A DNA stretch of 43,360 nt, from contig JBQTGV010000118.1 of assembly GCA_052390515.1 (NCBI GenBank), forward strand, positions 1 to 43,360, given 5' to 3'. The notes below the pieces were generated by a model, which was given only the letters and a program-made list of their open reading frames with translations, had not been told where the DNA came from and ran no database searches. The stretch is from Candidatus Eiseniibacteriota bacterium. Lineage in GTDB: Bacteria; ARS69. Position numbers and translations under genes: made by a program. Position 1 is the stretch's first letter; the number at the start of each line of letters is the position of its first letter. Shown piece by piece: positions 16,910 through 26,997 of this stretch.

Positions 16910-19324
16910 TCAGTCCTCCCGGGCGACGGCGAGCGCCGTCCCGGCGAGCGCCAGACCGAGGCAGGACAGCGCCACCCCCCACTCGAAACCCGGCGGAACG
17001 TAACGCATGCGCACGACGTGATTGCCGCGCGGCACCACGATGCCGCGCACCACGCCGTACACGGGAAGGATCTCGACCGAACGGCTGTCCACGGAGGCGC
17101 GCCAGCCGGCGTCGAAGGAGTCGGCGACCACCAGCACCGCCTCCGCGCCGGTCCGCACCCGGACCTCCAGCTCGTTCCACGAGTCGGTGACCACGCGCGC
17201 GCTCCCCGGATCCGCCGTGGCCGCCCCGCCCGCCGTACCGGTGCCCACCCACAGCGCTTCGCCACTCGGATCGATCCGGCCTCCGCGAAGATGCGCGGCC
17301 ATCTCCCCCGCGCTCACCCCGCGCCCCGCGGCCGCGAGCCTCACGCGCGGCTGCGCCTCCGTGTTGAGCCAGAGCCGGAACCCGGACGACGGCACCGCCA
17401 CCCAGCCGTCCGCGTGGAACGGCTCGCCGCTCACCGCGGCCCGTACCGCCAGCGCGTCGAGCAGCGGATGCTCCATCGATTCGCTTCGCTCCGGTTCGAC
17501 GATCCTCCGCCCCGTCCAGATGCCGTGCGAGAACACGTTCTCTCCCCACGCGGTCTCGAGCGCGTCGCCGAGCTTGCGGTCGGCCAGCGCGTTGTATCCC
17601 TGGAGGTCGCGGAGCGCGTACGGCACGTTCGTCGACGGCGGCAGCACGCTGGAGAGCGCGTACGGCCGGATGGGCATGTCGCGCCCGAAGCGCACGAAGC
17701 GGCCCCCGCCGGCCGCCGCGTCGGCGTCCAGCAATTCGCGGAGGCGGTCGACGCCCGCCGCCCTGGGGAACGCGTCCTCCGGCCTGCGGTCCAGCCGGTA
17801 CGGCGACGCGAAGAGGAAGAGCTGTGCGGCGGCCAACAGCAGCGGGAGGCGCGCCGCGAGCGGCGAGGGCCGCAGCAGGAACGATGCCCCGCCCGCCGCG
17901 GCGAAGGCTGCTGCGGTCACCGTGCGGCGAACCACGCGCGCGGCGGTCTCCGGATCGAGCGTTCCGCCCGGCAGCAGCGAGAGATCCGCTCCGAGCAGTG
18001 CGGGCAGGTTCGCGGCGGAGACGGCGACGAATCCCGCGCCGGCGGCGGTCAGCACGATGACCGCGGCGCCGAACACGCGCCGTGCCCGGCCGCCGGCCTG
18101 CGCGAGCTCCGCCGCGGCCAGCGCCGCGGGGACGATCTGGGCGAGGATCGCGAGGCTGCCCACGCGATCGATGCGCGCGATGCGGAACCCGGGGAGCACT
18201 TCGTACGCCACGCGCGCCAGCGGCGAGCCGAACGCGAGCAGCGCGGATACGACGAAGAGCGCGGTGAACGGGAGGGCGGTCCGGCGCGTCTTTCGCGCCG
18301 TCATGCCGTAGAGCGCGAGCAGGAAGACCGGGGTTCCCGCGAACACCGAGTTCAGCTGATTCCTGATGTAGAAGCCGTCCCCGAGCGGGAAGAGAACGCT
18401 CCACTCGTCCTCGGTGAGCGGCGAGCCGAAGAACTCCGGCACGGCGAAGCGGATGATCTCGACCGGATGGAGCGCTCCGGAGATGACCGACGAGTAGGGG
18501 AGATCGGCGCGCGACGACAGCTCCGCGAGCGCCCGCGTCGGCAGCAGCTGCGCGGCGACGAGGATCACCGCGAGCGAGCCGGCTCCGCCCAGCGCGAGCG
18601 CTACGCGACCGAGGGGCGGCCGCTTCCCTGCGCCCTTGGCCACGGCTCGCTCGACCACGACGACGAGCGCCGCCGCGTACGCCGCGTGCAGCGCGAGCTG
18701 CGGCTGTCCGGCGAGGAACGTCATGGCGCCGGCCAGGGCGAGACGAGCGCTTCGCCCCGGCCCGAGACGCCGGGACACGTCCAGAGCCAGGTGCACGACC
18801 CACGGCATCCACGCCGCCGTGGCGAGGAAGGTCGGCTGCCCGTAGTGCTTCGCGAAGTACCCGTTCATCGACCAGGCCACGCCCGCGAGGAACGCGACGC
18901 CGCGCGGGACACCGAAGCCGCGAGCCAGCACGAACACGCCCACGCCGGCCCAGGCCGCGTGCAGGAAGAGGAACCAGCCGAGCTGGCGCGCGGGTTCGAG
19001 CGGCAGGAGCAGCCAGTTCGGCGGATAGAGGACGCCGGCCTGCACGTCGGCCAGGAACGGCGTCCCGCAGAACGAGTAGGGATTCCAGAACGGCAGGATC
19101 CCCTCTCGCCACGCGCTGTGCATCACCGCGCGACGCGGCCAGTACGAGAGGTTGCAGTCCAGACTGACGGAAGGCGCAGCGCGAGCCTCGGCGCCGACCG
19201 TCTCGGCCCACGGCCGCCAGCGCGCGATGTTCCCGGTCACGGCGACACGCCCGCCGACGAGCTCGGGCGCGAAGAAGACGGCCGATACGGCCACGATTCC
19301 GGCGGCGCCGAGCGGGAACCTCAA
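16910..19324 (-). CDS. YfhO-family membrane protein (GT-C fold glycosyltransferase)
   Basis: PFWNPYSFCGTPFLAD...LYPPNW N-terminal signature, many TM helices, LQGYNAL, and C-terminal LVVADSFDAGWRASVD...GIVVPRGNHVVRMRYVP. TTG start overlaps the upstream stop. Confidence 0.85.
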   Translation of the reverse strand: MRFPLGAAGIVAVSAVFFAPELVGGRVAVTGNIARWRPWAETVGAEARAAPSVSLDCNLSYWPRRAVMHSAWREGILPFWNPYSFCGTPFLADVQAGVLYPPNWLLLPLEPARQLGWFLFLHAAWAGVGVFVLARGFGVPRGVAFLAGVAWSMNGYFAKHYGQPTFLATAAWMPWVVHLALDVSRRLGPGRSARLALAGAMTFLAGQPQLALHAAYAAALVVVVERAVAKGAGKRPPLGRVALALGGAGSLAVILVAAQLLPTRALAELSSRADLPYSSVISGALHPVEIIRFAVPEFFGSPLTEDEWSVLFPLGDGFYIRNQLNSVFAGTPVFLLALYGMTARKTRRTALPFTALFVVSALLAFGSPLARVAYEVLPGFRIARIDRVGSLAILAQIVPAALAAAELAQAGGRARRVFGAAVIVLTAAGAGFVAVSAANLPALLGADLSLLPGGTLDPETAARVVRRTVTAAAFAAAGGASFLLRPSPLAARLPLLLAAAQLFLFASPYRLDRRPEDAFPRAAGVDRLRELLDADAAAGGGRFVRFGRDMPIRPYALSSVLPPSTNVPYALRDLQGYNALADRKLGDALETAWGENVFSHGIWTGRRIVEPERSESMEHPLLDALAVRAAVSGEPFHADGWVAVPSSGFRLWLNTEAQPRVRLAAAGRGVSAGEMAAHLRGGRIDPSGEALWVGTGTAGGAATADPGSARVVTDSWNELEVRVRTGAEAVLVVADSFDAGWRASVDSRSVEILPVYGVVRGIVVPRGNHVVRMRYVPPGFEWGVALSCLGLALAGTALAVARED

Positions 19325-21312
19325 CGGCCGCGGTCCGCGCTCGGCTGGCTCGCCGCCGCGTCTCGCAGCGACCGCAGCCGCGCCAGCGCCGAGACGACCG
19401 CGGGGTCACGCGGCGCCAGACGTTGCGCTTCGCTCAGCTCCCGCTCGGCCGCGTCGAGCCGCCCGAGCTCGAGCAGGGCCATGCCGAGGTTCCGGCGCAG
19501 CAGCGGCTCGGGACCCTCTTTCGCTGCAGCCAGCGGCTCGAGCACGGCCACCGCCTCCTCGAATCGACCCGCGGACAGGTACACCGACCCGAGCGCGAAG
19601 CCCGCGTCGGGATGATGCGGGTCGAGCCGCAGGACCTCGCGGAGATGGTGGATCGCCTCGGTCCACTCCCGGGTCTGGATCGCGCCGATTCCCGCGACCC
19701 AGTGCACTCGCGGAGCCAGCTCGGGAGAGATGGCCATCACCCGGTCGAACTCGCGGGCGGCTTCGTCGCTGCGGCCGAGTCGGGAGAGCAGCGAGCCGAG
19801 ATTCAGTCCCACGCGCGGGTCCTCGGGATGCTCCGCCGCCGCCGCGCGGTACTCCGCGATCGCGCCCTCCAGGTCGCCCTCCTGCTCGAGCATCACGCCG
19901 AGATTGTAGCGGTGGAAGGGCGCGTTCGGGAGCGAAAGGTCCAGCACGCCGATCCGATCGAGGAGCCGCTCGTTCGTCGCCGCGAAGAGTCCGGCGAGCA
20001 GCACGACCGTTCCGGCGAGGGCGCCTCCCCGCGCGGAGCGAACCCGATCCACGAGGCCGACGACGCCGGCCGCGGCGAACGGCAGCAGGAGGGCGGTGAC
20101 CGGCTGACGGAAGCGAGAGCACACGAAGAACGCGGTGATGGACACCTGGTACACGAGGATCGTGGCGACCAACAGTCGTGTCTCGCGCGGCACGCCGCGG
20201 AAGAGGAGCAGGCCGAGGATCGCGAACGGCATGATGATCGAGAGCTGCGGCAGGAACACGCGGAGGATCGGAGTGAAACGTTCGGCCTGATCCTCGAGGT
20301 CCACGTTGTTGCTGTTCTCGAGGCCGCTCCAGCACAGGATCGCCTTGCGCGCCATCAGCACGGCCGCCGCCTTCGGATCGGAGCGCATCCAGGCCTTCGC
20401 CCTGTCCACCCACCAGCCGTTGATCTCGGACGCGGACAGATCCCGTCCGGTCTCGCGCTCGGCGATCTCCTCCGCCGCCACCTCGAAGAGGTCGCGATAC
20501 TCCGCGGTGACGTAGTCGGCCTCGACCCTGCCGGGAACCAGCGACGTGCGGCCGTCGGCCTCCGCGTTGTTGCCCACGTAGAAGTTGATGCCGCCCTGCG
20601 TGGCGATGAGCACGAAGTCGTCGGATGCGAGCCAGTTGCGCCAGGTGGTGAGCGCCACCGGCAGCGTGACCGCCACGGTCAGCGCCGCGAGCCGCGTGAC
20701 CAGCGGACCGCGAGGACCCGCGCGGCCGACCCACCACATCCAGAAGAACGCTGCGGGCGCCACGGCGAGCGCCGTGGCGTGGGTCACCGCGGTCAGACCC
20801 AGCGCCAGCCCGCCGGCGATGGTCCGGGCCGTCGACTCGCGCCGGCCGGCGTCGAGCAGCAGCAGCACGGACGCGGTCTGCAACGTCACTCCCAGCGCGA
20901 CACCGAGTATCTCGCCTTCGTGGTAGATCAGCATCCCGTAGCCGGCGGCGAGGAACGCGGCGACGTCGGCCACGCGCTGCCCGTGCGTGCGCAGCGCGAT
21001 GCTTCTCACCAGCACGACGGTGACGAGGCCGAGCAGCATCTGCGCCAGCCGCGGCGCGAGCAGGCCTTCCGGAAAGAAGAAGCGGACCGCGGCGAGGAAG
21101 AACGGATAGAGCGGCGCGCGGAAGCTCCCCGGATCGGCCTGGAGCGGGTTCCCGTCCAGGATGTGCCTCGCGGCCTGCTCGTAGAATACGCCGTCGAGCA
21201 CGAGGATCCGCCCGATCGGCGTGCCGGAGAGCTCGCGGAGGTACTCCGCGCGAAGGAGCACGCCGAAGAGGATCGCGAGCCAGAGCCAGCGGCTCCTCAG
21301 CTCACTGGACAT
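19321..21312 (-). CDS. ArnT/PMT-like membrane glycosyltransferase with C-terminal TPR array
   Basis: LDGVFYEQAA, FRAPLYPFFLA, QGGINFYVGNN and CSRFRQP motifs. TPRs (YNLGVMLEQEGDLEGAIAEY, LRLDPHHPDAGFALG). Paralog of 12641-15034. Confidence 0.82.
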   Translation of the reverse strand: MSSELRSRWLWLAILFGVLLRAEYLRELSGTPIGRILVLDGVFYEQAARHILDGNPLQADPGSFRAPLYPFFLAAVRFFFPEGLLAPRLAQMLLGLVTVVLVRSIALRTHGQRVADVAAFLAAGYGMLIYHEGEILGVALGVTLQTASVLLLLDAGRRESTARTIAGGLALGLTAVTHATALAVAPAAFFWMWWVGRAGPRGPLVTRLAALTVAVTLPVALTTWRNWLASDDFVLIATQGGINFYVGNNAEADGRTSLVPGRVEADYVTAEYRDLFEVAAEEIAERETGRDLSASEINGWWVDRAKAWMRSDPKAAAVLMARKAILCWSGLENSNNVDLEDQAERFTPILRVFLPQLSIIMPFAILGLLLFRGVPRETRLLVATILVYQVSITAFFVCSRFRQPVTALLLPFAAAGVVGLVDRVRSARGGALAGTVVLLAGLFAATNERLLDRIGVLDLSLPNAPFHRYNLGVMLEQEGDLEGAIAEYRAAAAEHPEDPRVGLNLGSLLSRLGRSDEAAREFDRVMAISPELAPRVHWVAGIGAIQTREWTEAIHHLREVLRLDPHHPDAGFALGSVYLSAGRFEEAVAVLEPLAAAKEGPEPLLRRNLGMALLELGRLDAAERELSEAQRLAPRDPAVVSALARLRSLRDAAASQPSADRGR

Positions 21313-22888
21313 AGCCCAGCGTCTCCAGCACTTCCCGCGACCCTTCGGGAATCTCCGCGGCTTCCTCCGCTCCCATCACCGCGCGCTCCTCGCTCCGGCG
21401 CACCGGGCGCGCGGCGAGCGCTTCGCCCCCGACGAGCTCCGCGGGCACGGCTCCGTCCAGGTCCGCGGGCTGCGGCACGCGGAAGAGCCAGTAGATCGTC
21501 GGCGCGATATCGAGCAGCGAGAAGGTGCGCCGCTCCGGATCCGCGGCGAAGTCAGGCCCCGCGGCGATGAGGAACCCTTCCGGCCGGTGGTAGCCGGAGA
21601 AGGAGTAGCTGGCCGGACCGAAGAGGGGGTGCTCGGGCTTGCCGAGCTCGATCGTGCCGCGTCCGGCGAAGCCGCCGCGCGTCTCTAGGAAGACGACGTC
21701 GGGCGCGTTCTCCACCCAGGGTCCGTCGTAGAGCTGCTCGCGCATCCACACTTTCTCGACGAACTTCCCGCCGGACACCGGATCCACGAGCGCGGACAGA
21801 TCGGCGACGAGCCGTTCGCGCACCTCCGACGCTTCACCGCGCGGGATCTGCCCGTTGGGATCGCGCCCGGCGATGGACACGCGCAGCGCGTCGGCGAAGG
21901 GGCCCGGCGGATACGCCTCCAGCCAGTGCCGGCCGCCGCCGGAGGTGTCCGGACGGAAGAAGCCGCGCTGGCGCAACCAGTTCCACATGCGCAGCTCACG
22001 GTACACCGGACCCATGCCGTGATCGGACATCACGATCACGTTCGTCTCCGGACCGGCGATCTTCAGCATCTCGCCGACCACGCGGTCCGCGCGGATGTAG
22101 AAGTCGCGGATCACCGGTCCGAAGTGCTCGGCGAGACCGGCGTCGTAGTCGGGATGCTCGGGGTCGGAGAACTTCCAGAAGAAGTGCTGGGACTTGTCGA
22201 TCCCGGTGAACACCACCCAGAAGAGATCCCAGTCCTCCTCGACCAGCAGCCGCTTCGCCTCGGCGGCGTGCCGGTCGAACGTGTGCACCAGCTGATCGAG
22301 GAACGGCTGCTCGCTTCCGGCCACGATGCCCTCGCCGAAGGGATCGAGCGGGTACGGCTGCAGCTCCCGCTCGAGCTCCGGCGGCCAGGTGTACCCGGTC
22401 GACTTCGCCCCGTAAGGGAAGCCGGAGATGAAGAAGCCGTTCACGGAGTCGGGCGGGAAGGTCATCGGGATGTTCATGATGCCGGTGCGGTAGCCGGCGT
22501 TGTTCAGGAAGCGCCACACCGGATGGGCGCGGCGGTCCCGCGACGTGTTCAGGATCCCCTCGGTGGACGAGACCGCCATGCGGTAGAAGTCGTAGATGTT
22601 GTGCTTCCCGGGGTTCACCCCGGTGATCGCCGTGGCCCACGCGGGAGGGGAGACCGAGGGCAGCGTGGATTCCAGCACGCCCCCCGCGCCCCGGGCGCGG
22701 AGCGCGGCGAGGTTCGGCAGGAGCCCCTCAGCCATCAACGGATCGATGCGGTCGAGGGTCGCGCCGTCGAGTCCGATCACCAGCACCCGCGGCGGATGCT
22801 CGCGGCCGGCGCAGCCCGCGGCGACGAGGCAGGCGGAGAGCGCGGCGAAGAGCGCGGCGAAGAGCGCGGCGGAGCGCGTCCGGGTCAT
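21302..22888 (-). CDS. Alkaline phosphatase superfamily (phosphodiesterase/NPP-like) lipoprotein
   Basis: Lipobox VAAG-C. VIGLDG, STLPSVSPPAWATAITG, IDKSQHFFW, SDHGMG and GYHR motifs. C-terminal LETLGYVQ. ATG at 22888 (ATGA overlap). Confidence 0.85.
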   Translation of the reverse strand: MTRTRSAALFAALFAALSACLVAAGCAGREHPPRVLVIGLDGATLDRIDPLMAEGLLPNLAALRARGAGGVLESTLPSVSPPAWATAITGVNPGKHNIYDFYRMAVSSTEGILNTSRDRRAHPVWRFLNNAGYRTGIMNIPMTFPPDSVNGFFISGFPYGAKSTGYTWPPELERELQPYPLDPFGEGIVAGSEQPFLDQLVHTFDRHAAEAKRLLVEEDWDLFWVVFTGIDKSQHFFWKFSDPEHPDYDAGLAEHFGPVIRDFYIRADRVVGEMLKIAGPETNVIVMSDHGMGPVYRELRMWNWLRQRGFFRPDTSGGGRHWLEAYPPGPFADALRVSIAGRDPNGQIPRGEASEVRERLVADLSALVDPVSGGKFVEKVWMREQLYDGPWVENAPDVVFLETRGGFAGRGTIELGKPEHPLFGPASYSFSGYHRPEGFLIAAGPDFAADPERRTFSLLDIAPTIYWLFRVPQPADLDGAVPAELVGGEALAARPVRRSEERAVMGAEEAAEIPEGSREVLETLGYVQ

Positions 22889-24603
22889 TCCTTCGATTCT
22901 AGACGATCCGCCGGAACCTCGGACCACGCTTCCGTGGTGCCTGGAACTCCGAGCCGGTCGAGTCTCCGCGAGAGCGACTCCGCCGCCTCGAGAGCCGGGT
23001 CGCGCTCCAGCGCCTTGCCCACGAACGCGCGCGACTCCTCCGGCGTGTGCGCCATCAAGGCGCGAAGCAGCCAAGTCCATGCGAGGTCGGCGTGGCGGCT
23101 CTCGGCCAGCATCCGCGACGCTTCCTCGTTCCTCCCGCGGGACGCCTCCACCGTCGCGAGCATCCAGGCCTGGCGCTGCGTTCCCGGCAGCGGAAGCTCG
23201 CGGCCGGCGGCCAGCAAGCGGGCCATGCCGGCGTGACGCGGACCGGGGTGCACGTACAGTCCGCCCAGGATCGGCCACACGCTGATCCACGCGACGACGG
23301 CGAGCGCGGCGACGGGCGCGCCTCGCCGGACGAGCCGCCGCACGCGCGATGAGTCGCCCGTGCCGAAGAGGAACGCGGCGACTGCGAGCAGGAGCACCGG
23401 CACCAGCGGCTGGTGCATGCGGCTGTGCCCGTACGCCATGCCGTGCACGGACAGGTACACACCGATCCAGGACAACGCGAGCGAACGGAAGCGCGACCGC
23501 GAGAGCGCGACGAGCGCGGCGGGCCCGGCGATCAGCGCCACCGCGGAGGCGGCCCAGGTCAGCACGGTGAGACCCGCGGCGAGCGCCGGAGGTGTTGGAC
23601 CGTACCAGTCGCGGAGCAGGTGCCGCGGCAGGAAGAAGTCCGGCGCCCAGAACGCGGCGAGCTTCTTCGGCAGGCGGTGCAGGAAGCCCAGGGGATCCCG
23701 GCGAAGCTCGCGCCGCGCCTGATCGCGGTACCAGGCTGCGCCGTCGGGCCCCTGCGCATCGGTGACGCCGGCCTCGGCCATGCGCACGGGCACGTCCCGC
23801 CGGAACGCATCGTCGGGGTAGTAGGCGAGGAAGCGTGCGTCCAGCCCGTTCTCGAGCGGCAGCCCCAGCGCCCACACGCCCTGCAAGTCGGCCGGGATGT
23901 ACTCGTTGTTGCCGCTCCACAGGTTGAAGCTGTCGTTCACGTCCGTGACGACGAGCCGCCCCGCGCGCACCGACGCCTGCATCGTCCAGGGAAGCACGAC
24001 GACCGCGGCCGCCGCACAGACGACCGCGGCGCGGAGCACACCGGTCCGGCCGCGACCGAGCGCGAGCCAGGCCGCCGAAGTGACGAGCAGCACGAGGCCG
24101 GTCGAACGGGTCAGCGTGGCGAAACCGAGCGCCACCCCGGCGAGGAGCAGACGCCCGCGGCCGCCGCCTTCGTCCGCGGCGAGCAGCCGCTCCAGCGCGA
24201 GCACGGTGAGGAAGCCGTAGAGCGTCTCCGACCACAGGTAGTGCGAGAACGCCACATGCGACGGGTAGAAGGCGACCGCCGTTCCGGCCCAAAACGCCGC
24301 GCGTTCGCCGGCGACGCGCCGCCCGATCCGGTAGACGAGCGCGGACGCCACGACGGACAGCACGGCCTGCAGCAGGCGCACGCCGAGCAGCCCTCCGCCG
24401 GTGAGCGCCGACGCGTACGCCACGAACCACTGGTAGAGCGGCGCGCGCCACAGCCGCGGGGGCTCGCCGTCCTCGCGGATCGCCCGGGCGAACTCGACGT
24501 ACTCCGTCTCGTCGTAGCGCGGCGGGAGATCGGCGAAGACGACCGCCAGGATGATCTTCAGCAGGGCCGAACCGACCAGGACGTAGCGGAAGGCGGGGCT
24601 CAA
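22885..24603 (-). CDS. ArnT/PMT-like membrane glycosyltransferase with short TPR-like tail
   Basis: YDETEY acidic loop, WRAPLYQWF, WSETLY, FNLWSGNN and HSRMHQP motifs. Start reassigned to TTG at 24603 (TTGA overlap). Confidence 0.8.
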   Translation of the reverse strand: MSPAFRYVLVGSALLKIILAVVFADLPPRYDETEYVEFARAIREDGEPPRLWRAPLYQWFVAYASALTGGGLLGVRLLQAVLSVVASALVYRIGRRVAGERAAFWAGTAVAFYPSHVAFSHYLWSETLYGFLTVLALERLLAADEGGGRGRLLLAGVALGFATLTRSTGLVLLVTSAAWLALGRGRTGVLRAAVVCAAAAVVVLPWTMQASVRAGRLVVTDVNDSFNLWSGNNEYIPADLQGVWALGLPLENGLDARFLAYYPDDAFRRDVPVRMAEAGVTDAQGPDGAAWYRDQARRELRRDPLGFLHRLPKKLAAFWAPDFFLPRHLLRDWYGPTPPALAAGLTVLTWAASAVALIAGPAALVALSRSRFRSLALSWIGVYLSVHGMAYGHSRMHQPLVPVLLLAVAAFLFGTGDSSRVRRLVRRGAPVAALAVVAWISVWPILGGLYVHPGPRHAGMARLLAAGRELPLPGTQRQAWMLATVEASRGRNEEASRMLAESRHADLAWTWLLRALMAHTPEESRAFVGKALERDPALEAAESLSRRLDRLGVPGTTEAWSEVPADRLESKE

Positions 24604-25328
24604 ATCCTTCCCCGGACGTGAATGTCGGTCCACATCTGGACGACCTCGGCGAGCGTGTGCAGCACGTGGCTCGGGCGGACCGTGGACTGACCGGCGGTCC
24701 GGGGATAGTGGCGAACGCCGATCTCGGTCATGCGCAGCCCGAGCTTCGCCGCCTTGGCGAGGATCTCCGTGTCGACGAAGAACTTCTTCGATTCGATGTG
24801 GATCCGATCGAAGATCTCGCGGCGGAACAGCTTGAACGCGCAGTCCACGTCGCGGACCCGGATACGGAAGATGACGCGCACGAGGAGGTTGTACCCCCAG
24901 GAGAGGACCAGCCGCGAGAAGGGATCGAAGCGATAGATGCGGAAGCCGCTGACGATGTCGTAGTCGTCGATCGACGGGAGCAGGTTCTTGAGCTCGCGCA
25001 CGTCGAACTGGTTGTCCGCGTCCGTGTAGAACACGAGCGGCATCCGCGCCGTGGTGAAGCCGGTGCGGAGCGCCTTCGCGTAGCCCTGATTCGTCTCGTG
25101 CACCAGCACGCGCAGCTTCGGCACACCCGCGGTCATCGCCTGGGCGATCTCCCGGGTGCGGTCGCGGCTGCCGTCGTCCACCACCAGGATCTCGTAGTCG
25201 TCGAAGCGCATGTCGCGCAGCACGTCGTCGACGCCGCGAATCTGGCGCTCGATGTTGTCCTGCTCGTTGTACGCCGGGAGCACGACGGAGATGCGCCGCC
25301 CGATGCCCGCCGCGGGAACCTCAGCCAA
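24600..25328 (-). CDS. GT2 glycosyltransferase, DPM1-like polyprenol-phosphate sugar synthase
   Basis: VVLPAYNE, VVDDGSRD, YTDADNQFD (DxD), DVDCAFKLFRR and FVDTEIL motifs. 242 aa, soluble. Confidence 0.88.
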   Translation of the reverse strand: MAEVPAAGIGRRISVVLPAYNEQDNIERQIRGVDDVLRDMRFDDYEILVVDDGSRDRTREIAQAMTAGVPKLRVLVHETNQGYAKALRTGFTTARMPLVFYTDADNQFDVRELKNLLPSIDDYDIVSGFRIYRFDPFSRLVLSWGYNLLVRVIFRIRVRDVDCAFKLFRREIFDRIHIESKKFFVDTEILAKAAKLGLRMTEIGVRHYPRTAGQSTVRPSHVLHTLAEVVQMWTDIHVRGRI

Positions 25329-26994
25329 GGTAGCCCATCCTTTTCAGCCGCTCGCGGATCTCGCGCTGCTCCTCGGCGGTGAGCGGACTCTCCGCGCCGG
25401 TCCGGCCGGGGACTGCCCGCGGCTCGACGACGCGCACCGGGCGGGCGGCGCGCTCGCGGTCGGTGAACGCCTCGGCGAGCACGCGGCCGTCGAAGTCCGA
25501 CGGAATGGGCATGCCCAGCCAATGCAGGATCGTCGGCGAGACGTCGATCAGGCGTGCGCCTTCCAGTCGTTCGCCCCGGCGGATGCCTTCGCCGCGCAGG
25601 AGCAGGATGCCGTTCATGCGGTGGTCTCCGGAGTTGCCGTAGGCCCGCTCCACGAACCGGTGCGAGGTGAAATCCACCGTGCCCAGCGCCTTGTTGCGCA
25701 TGTCCGCCGGCAGGAACGTGAGATCCGGTGCTCGATCGAGGAACGGTCCGTGGTAGAGCTGCTCCTTGCGCCACACGTCGCGGACGAGAGCGCCGCCGGT
25801 CTCCGGATCCCGGATCTCCCGGAGGGCCGCGGATACCTCGTCGAGCATTGCGTCCGCCTCCGCTCCCGGGTGCACGATGCCGTGCGGCTCGCGGCCGGCG
25901 AGGTTCAGGAAGAGCTGTCCGTAGTTCCCCTTCGAGTACACCCGCGTGCGCGACCAGTCCACGTCCGAGAGCGAGAGGAACACCCGGTTCACCCGGTCCA
26001 GGAGCCGCCGCCGCGTGCCCACTCCCGCGGCCAGACGCATCCGCGCGAACCCGAGCTTCATCGCCGCGCGGTATCCGAGCGCGGGAGAGATCCCGAGCTC
26101 GAAGAGCGTTCTCTTCACGAAGGTCGCCGCGTTGCGCCTCAAACGCAGGTATCCGCGCTGCAGCAACCATACGTTGAACACGAGGAAGTGGTGGATCGGG
26201 CCGAAGCCGTGGTCGGAGAGCACGACGTGCACCGCATCCGGCGCCTCCGCGATCCACTCGCCGACGACCTCGTCCACCTTTCGCCAGTAGGCCCGGCAGC
26301 GGTCCGAGAGGATCAGCGTCTCGGCCGGGTCGTGCGCGGGATGCGCCGCGTCCAGCACGTGCCAGAGCTCGTGACCGTACCGGTCGGTGCCCCACACGTG
26401 CAGCATGGCGAAGTCCCACTCCTTGTTCCGGAGCAGCCAGAGGTTCGCGCGTCGATTCGCCTCGAGCACCCGGTCCAGCTCGTCCAGCACGATCCGCCCG
26501 CGTCCCGGACGGTACACCTCGACGTGGTACAGCTGGTACGGACCGGTCGCCGCCTCGATCTCGTCGAGAAGACCGGCGGGGTAAGTGAAGTCCCGCTTGC
26601 CCATGGGTGTCAGGAAGTCGCCGACCAAGCATCCGTCGACCGGCGTGGGCGGATACGTCACCGGCACGTTGACGACCAGGACCTTCTTCCCGCTCTCGCC
26701 GATCAGCTCCCACAGCGTCGCGCCGGCGCGCGTGCTGCTGCTCACCGGGATCTCCTCGAAGCCACCCGGCTCGCGCAGGAAGAACTCGAAGACGCCGTGC
26801 TTCGCCGGGTTCTTCCCGGTCATGAACGAGCACCAGGCGGGCGCCGTCACCGGCGGGAGGATCGAGCGGAGCGGGCCCGACACGCCCTCCGCCCGCAGCC
26901 GGGCGAGGTTCGGCATGGAACCGTCGTCCAGCCACGGCCCGATGAGATCGAAGGTCGTGCCGTCCAGCGCGATGACGAGCACGCGGCGCGACAT
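25321..26994 (-). CDS. Alkaline phosphatase superfamily phosphodiesterase-like protein, no signal peptide
   Basis: Starts directly with RVLVIALDG. SILPPVTAPAWCSFMTGKNP, TDRYGH, SDHGFG and GDHR motifs. C-terminal LKRMGYLG. Confidence 0.88.
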   Translation of the reverse strand: MSRRVLVIALDGTTFDLIGPWLDDGSMPNLARLRAEGVSGPLRSILPPVTAPAWCSFMTGKNPAKHGVFEFFLREPGGFEEIPVSSSTRAGATLWELIGESGKKVLVVNVPVTYPPTPVDGCLVGDFLTPMGKRDFTYPAGLLDEIEAATGPYQLYHVEVYRPGRGRIVLDELDRVLEANRRANLWLLRNKEWDFAMLHVWGTDRYGHELWHVLDAAHPAHDPAETLILSDRCRAYWRKVDEVVGEWIAEAPDAVHVVLSDHGFGPIHHFLVFNVWLLQRGYLRLRRNAATFVKRTLFELGISPALGYRAAMKLGFARMRLAAGVGTRRRLLDRVNRVFLSLSDVDWSRTRVYSKGNYGQLFLNLAGREPHGIVHPGAEADAMLDEVSAALREIRDPETGGALVRDVWRKEQLYHGPFLDRAPDLTFLPADMRNKALGTVDFTSHRFVERAYGNSGDHRMNGILLLRGEGIRRGERLEGARLIDVSPTILHWLGMPIPSDFDGRVLAEAFTDRERAARPVRVVEPRAVPGRTGAESPLTAEEQREIRERLKRMGYLG

Positions 26995-26997
26995 CCG

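Noticed and set aside
22837-22871. Three tandem copies of a 12-nt unit (AGAGCGCGGCGA)
   Set aside because: In-frame AALF repeats within a signal peptide, with no spacers. Not CRISPR and does not shift the frame.
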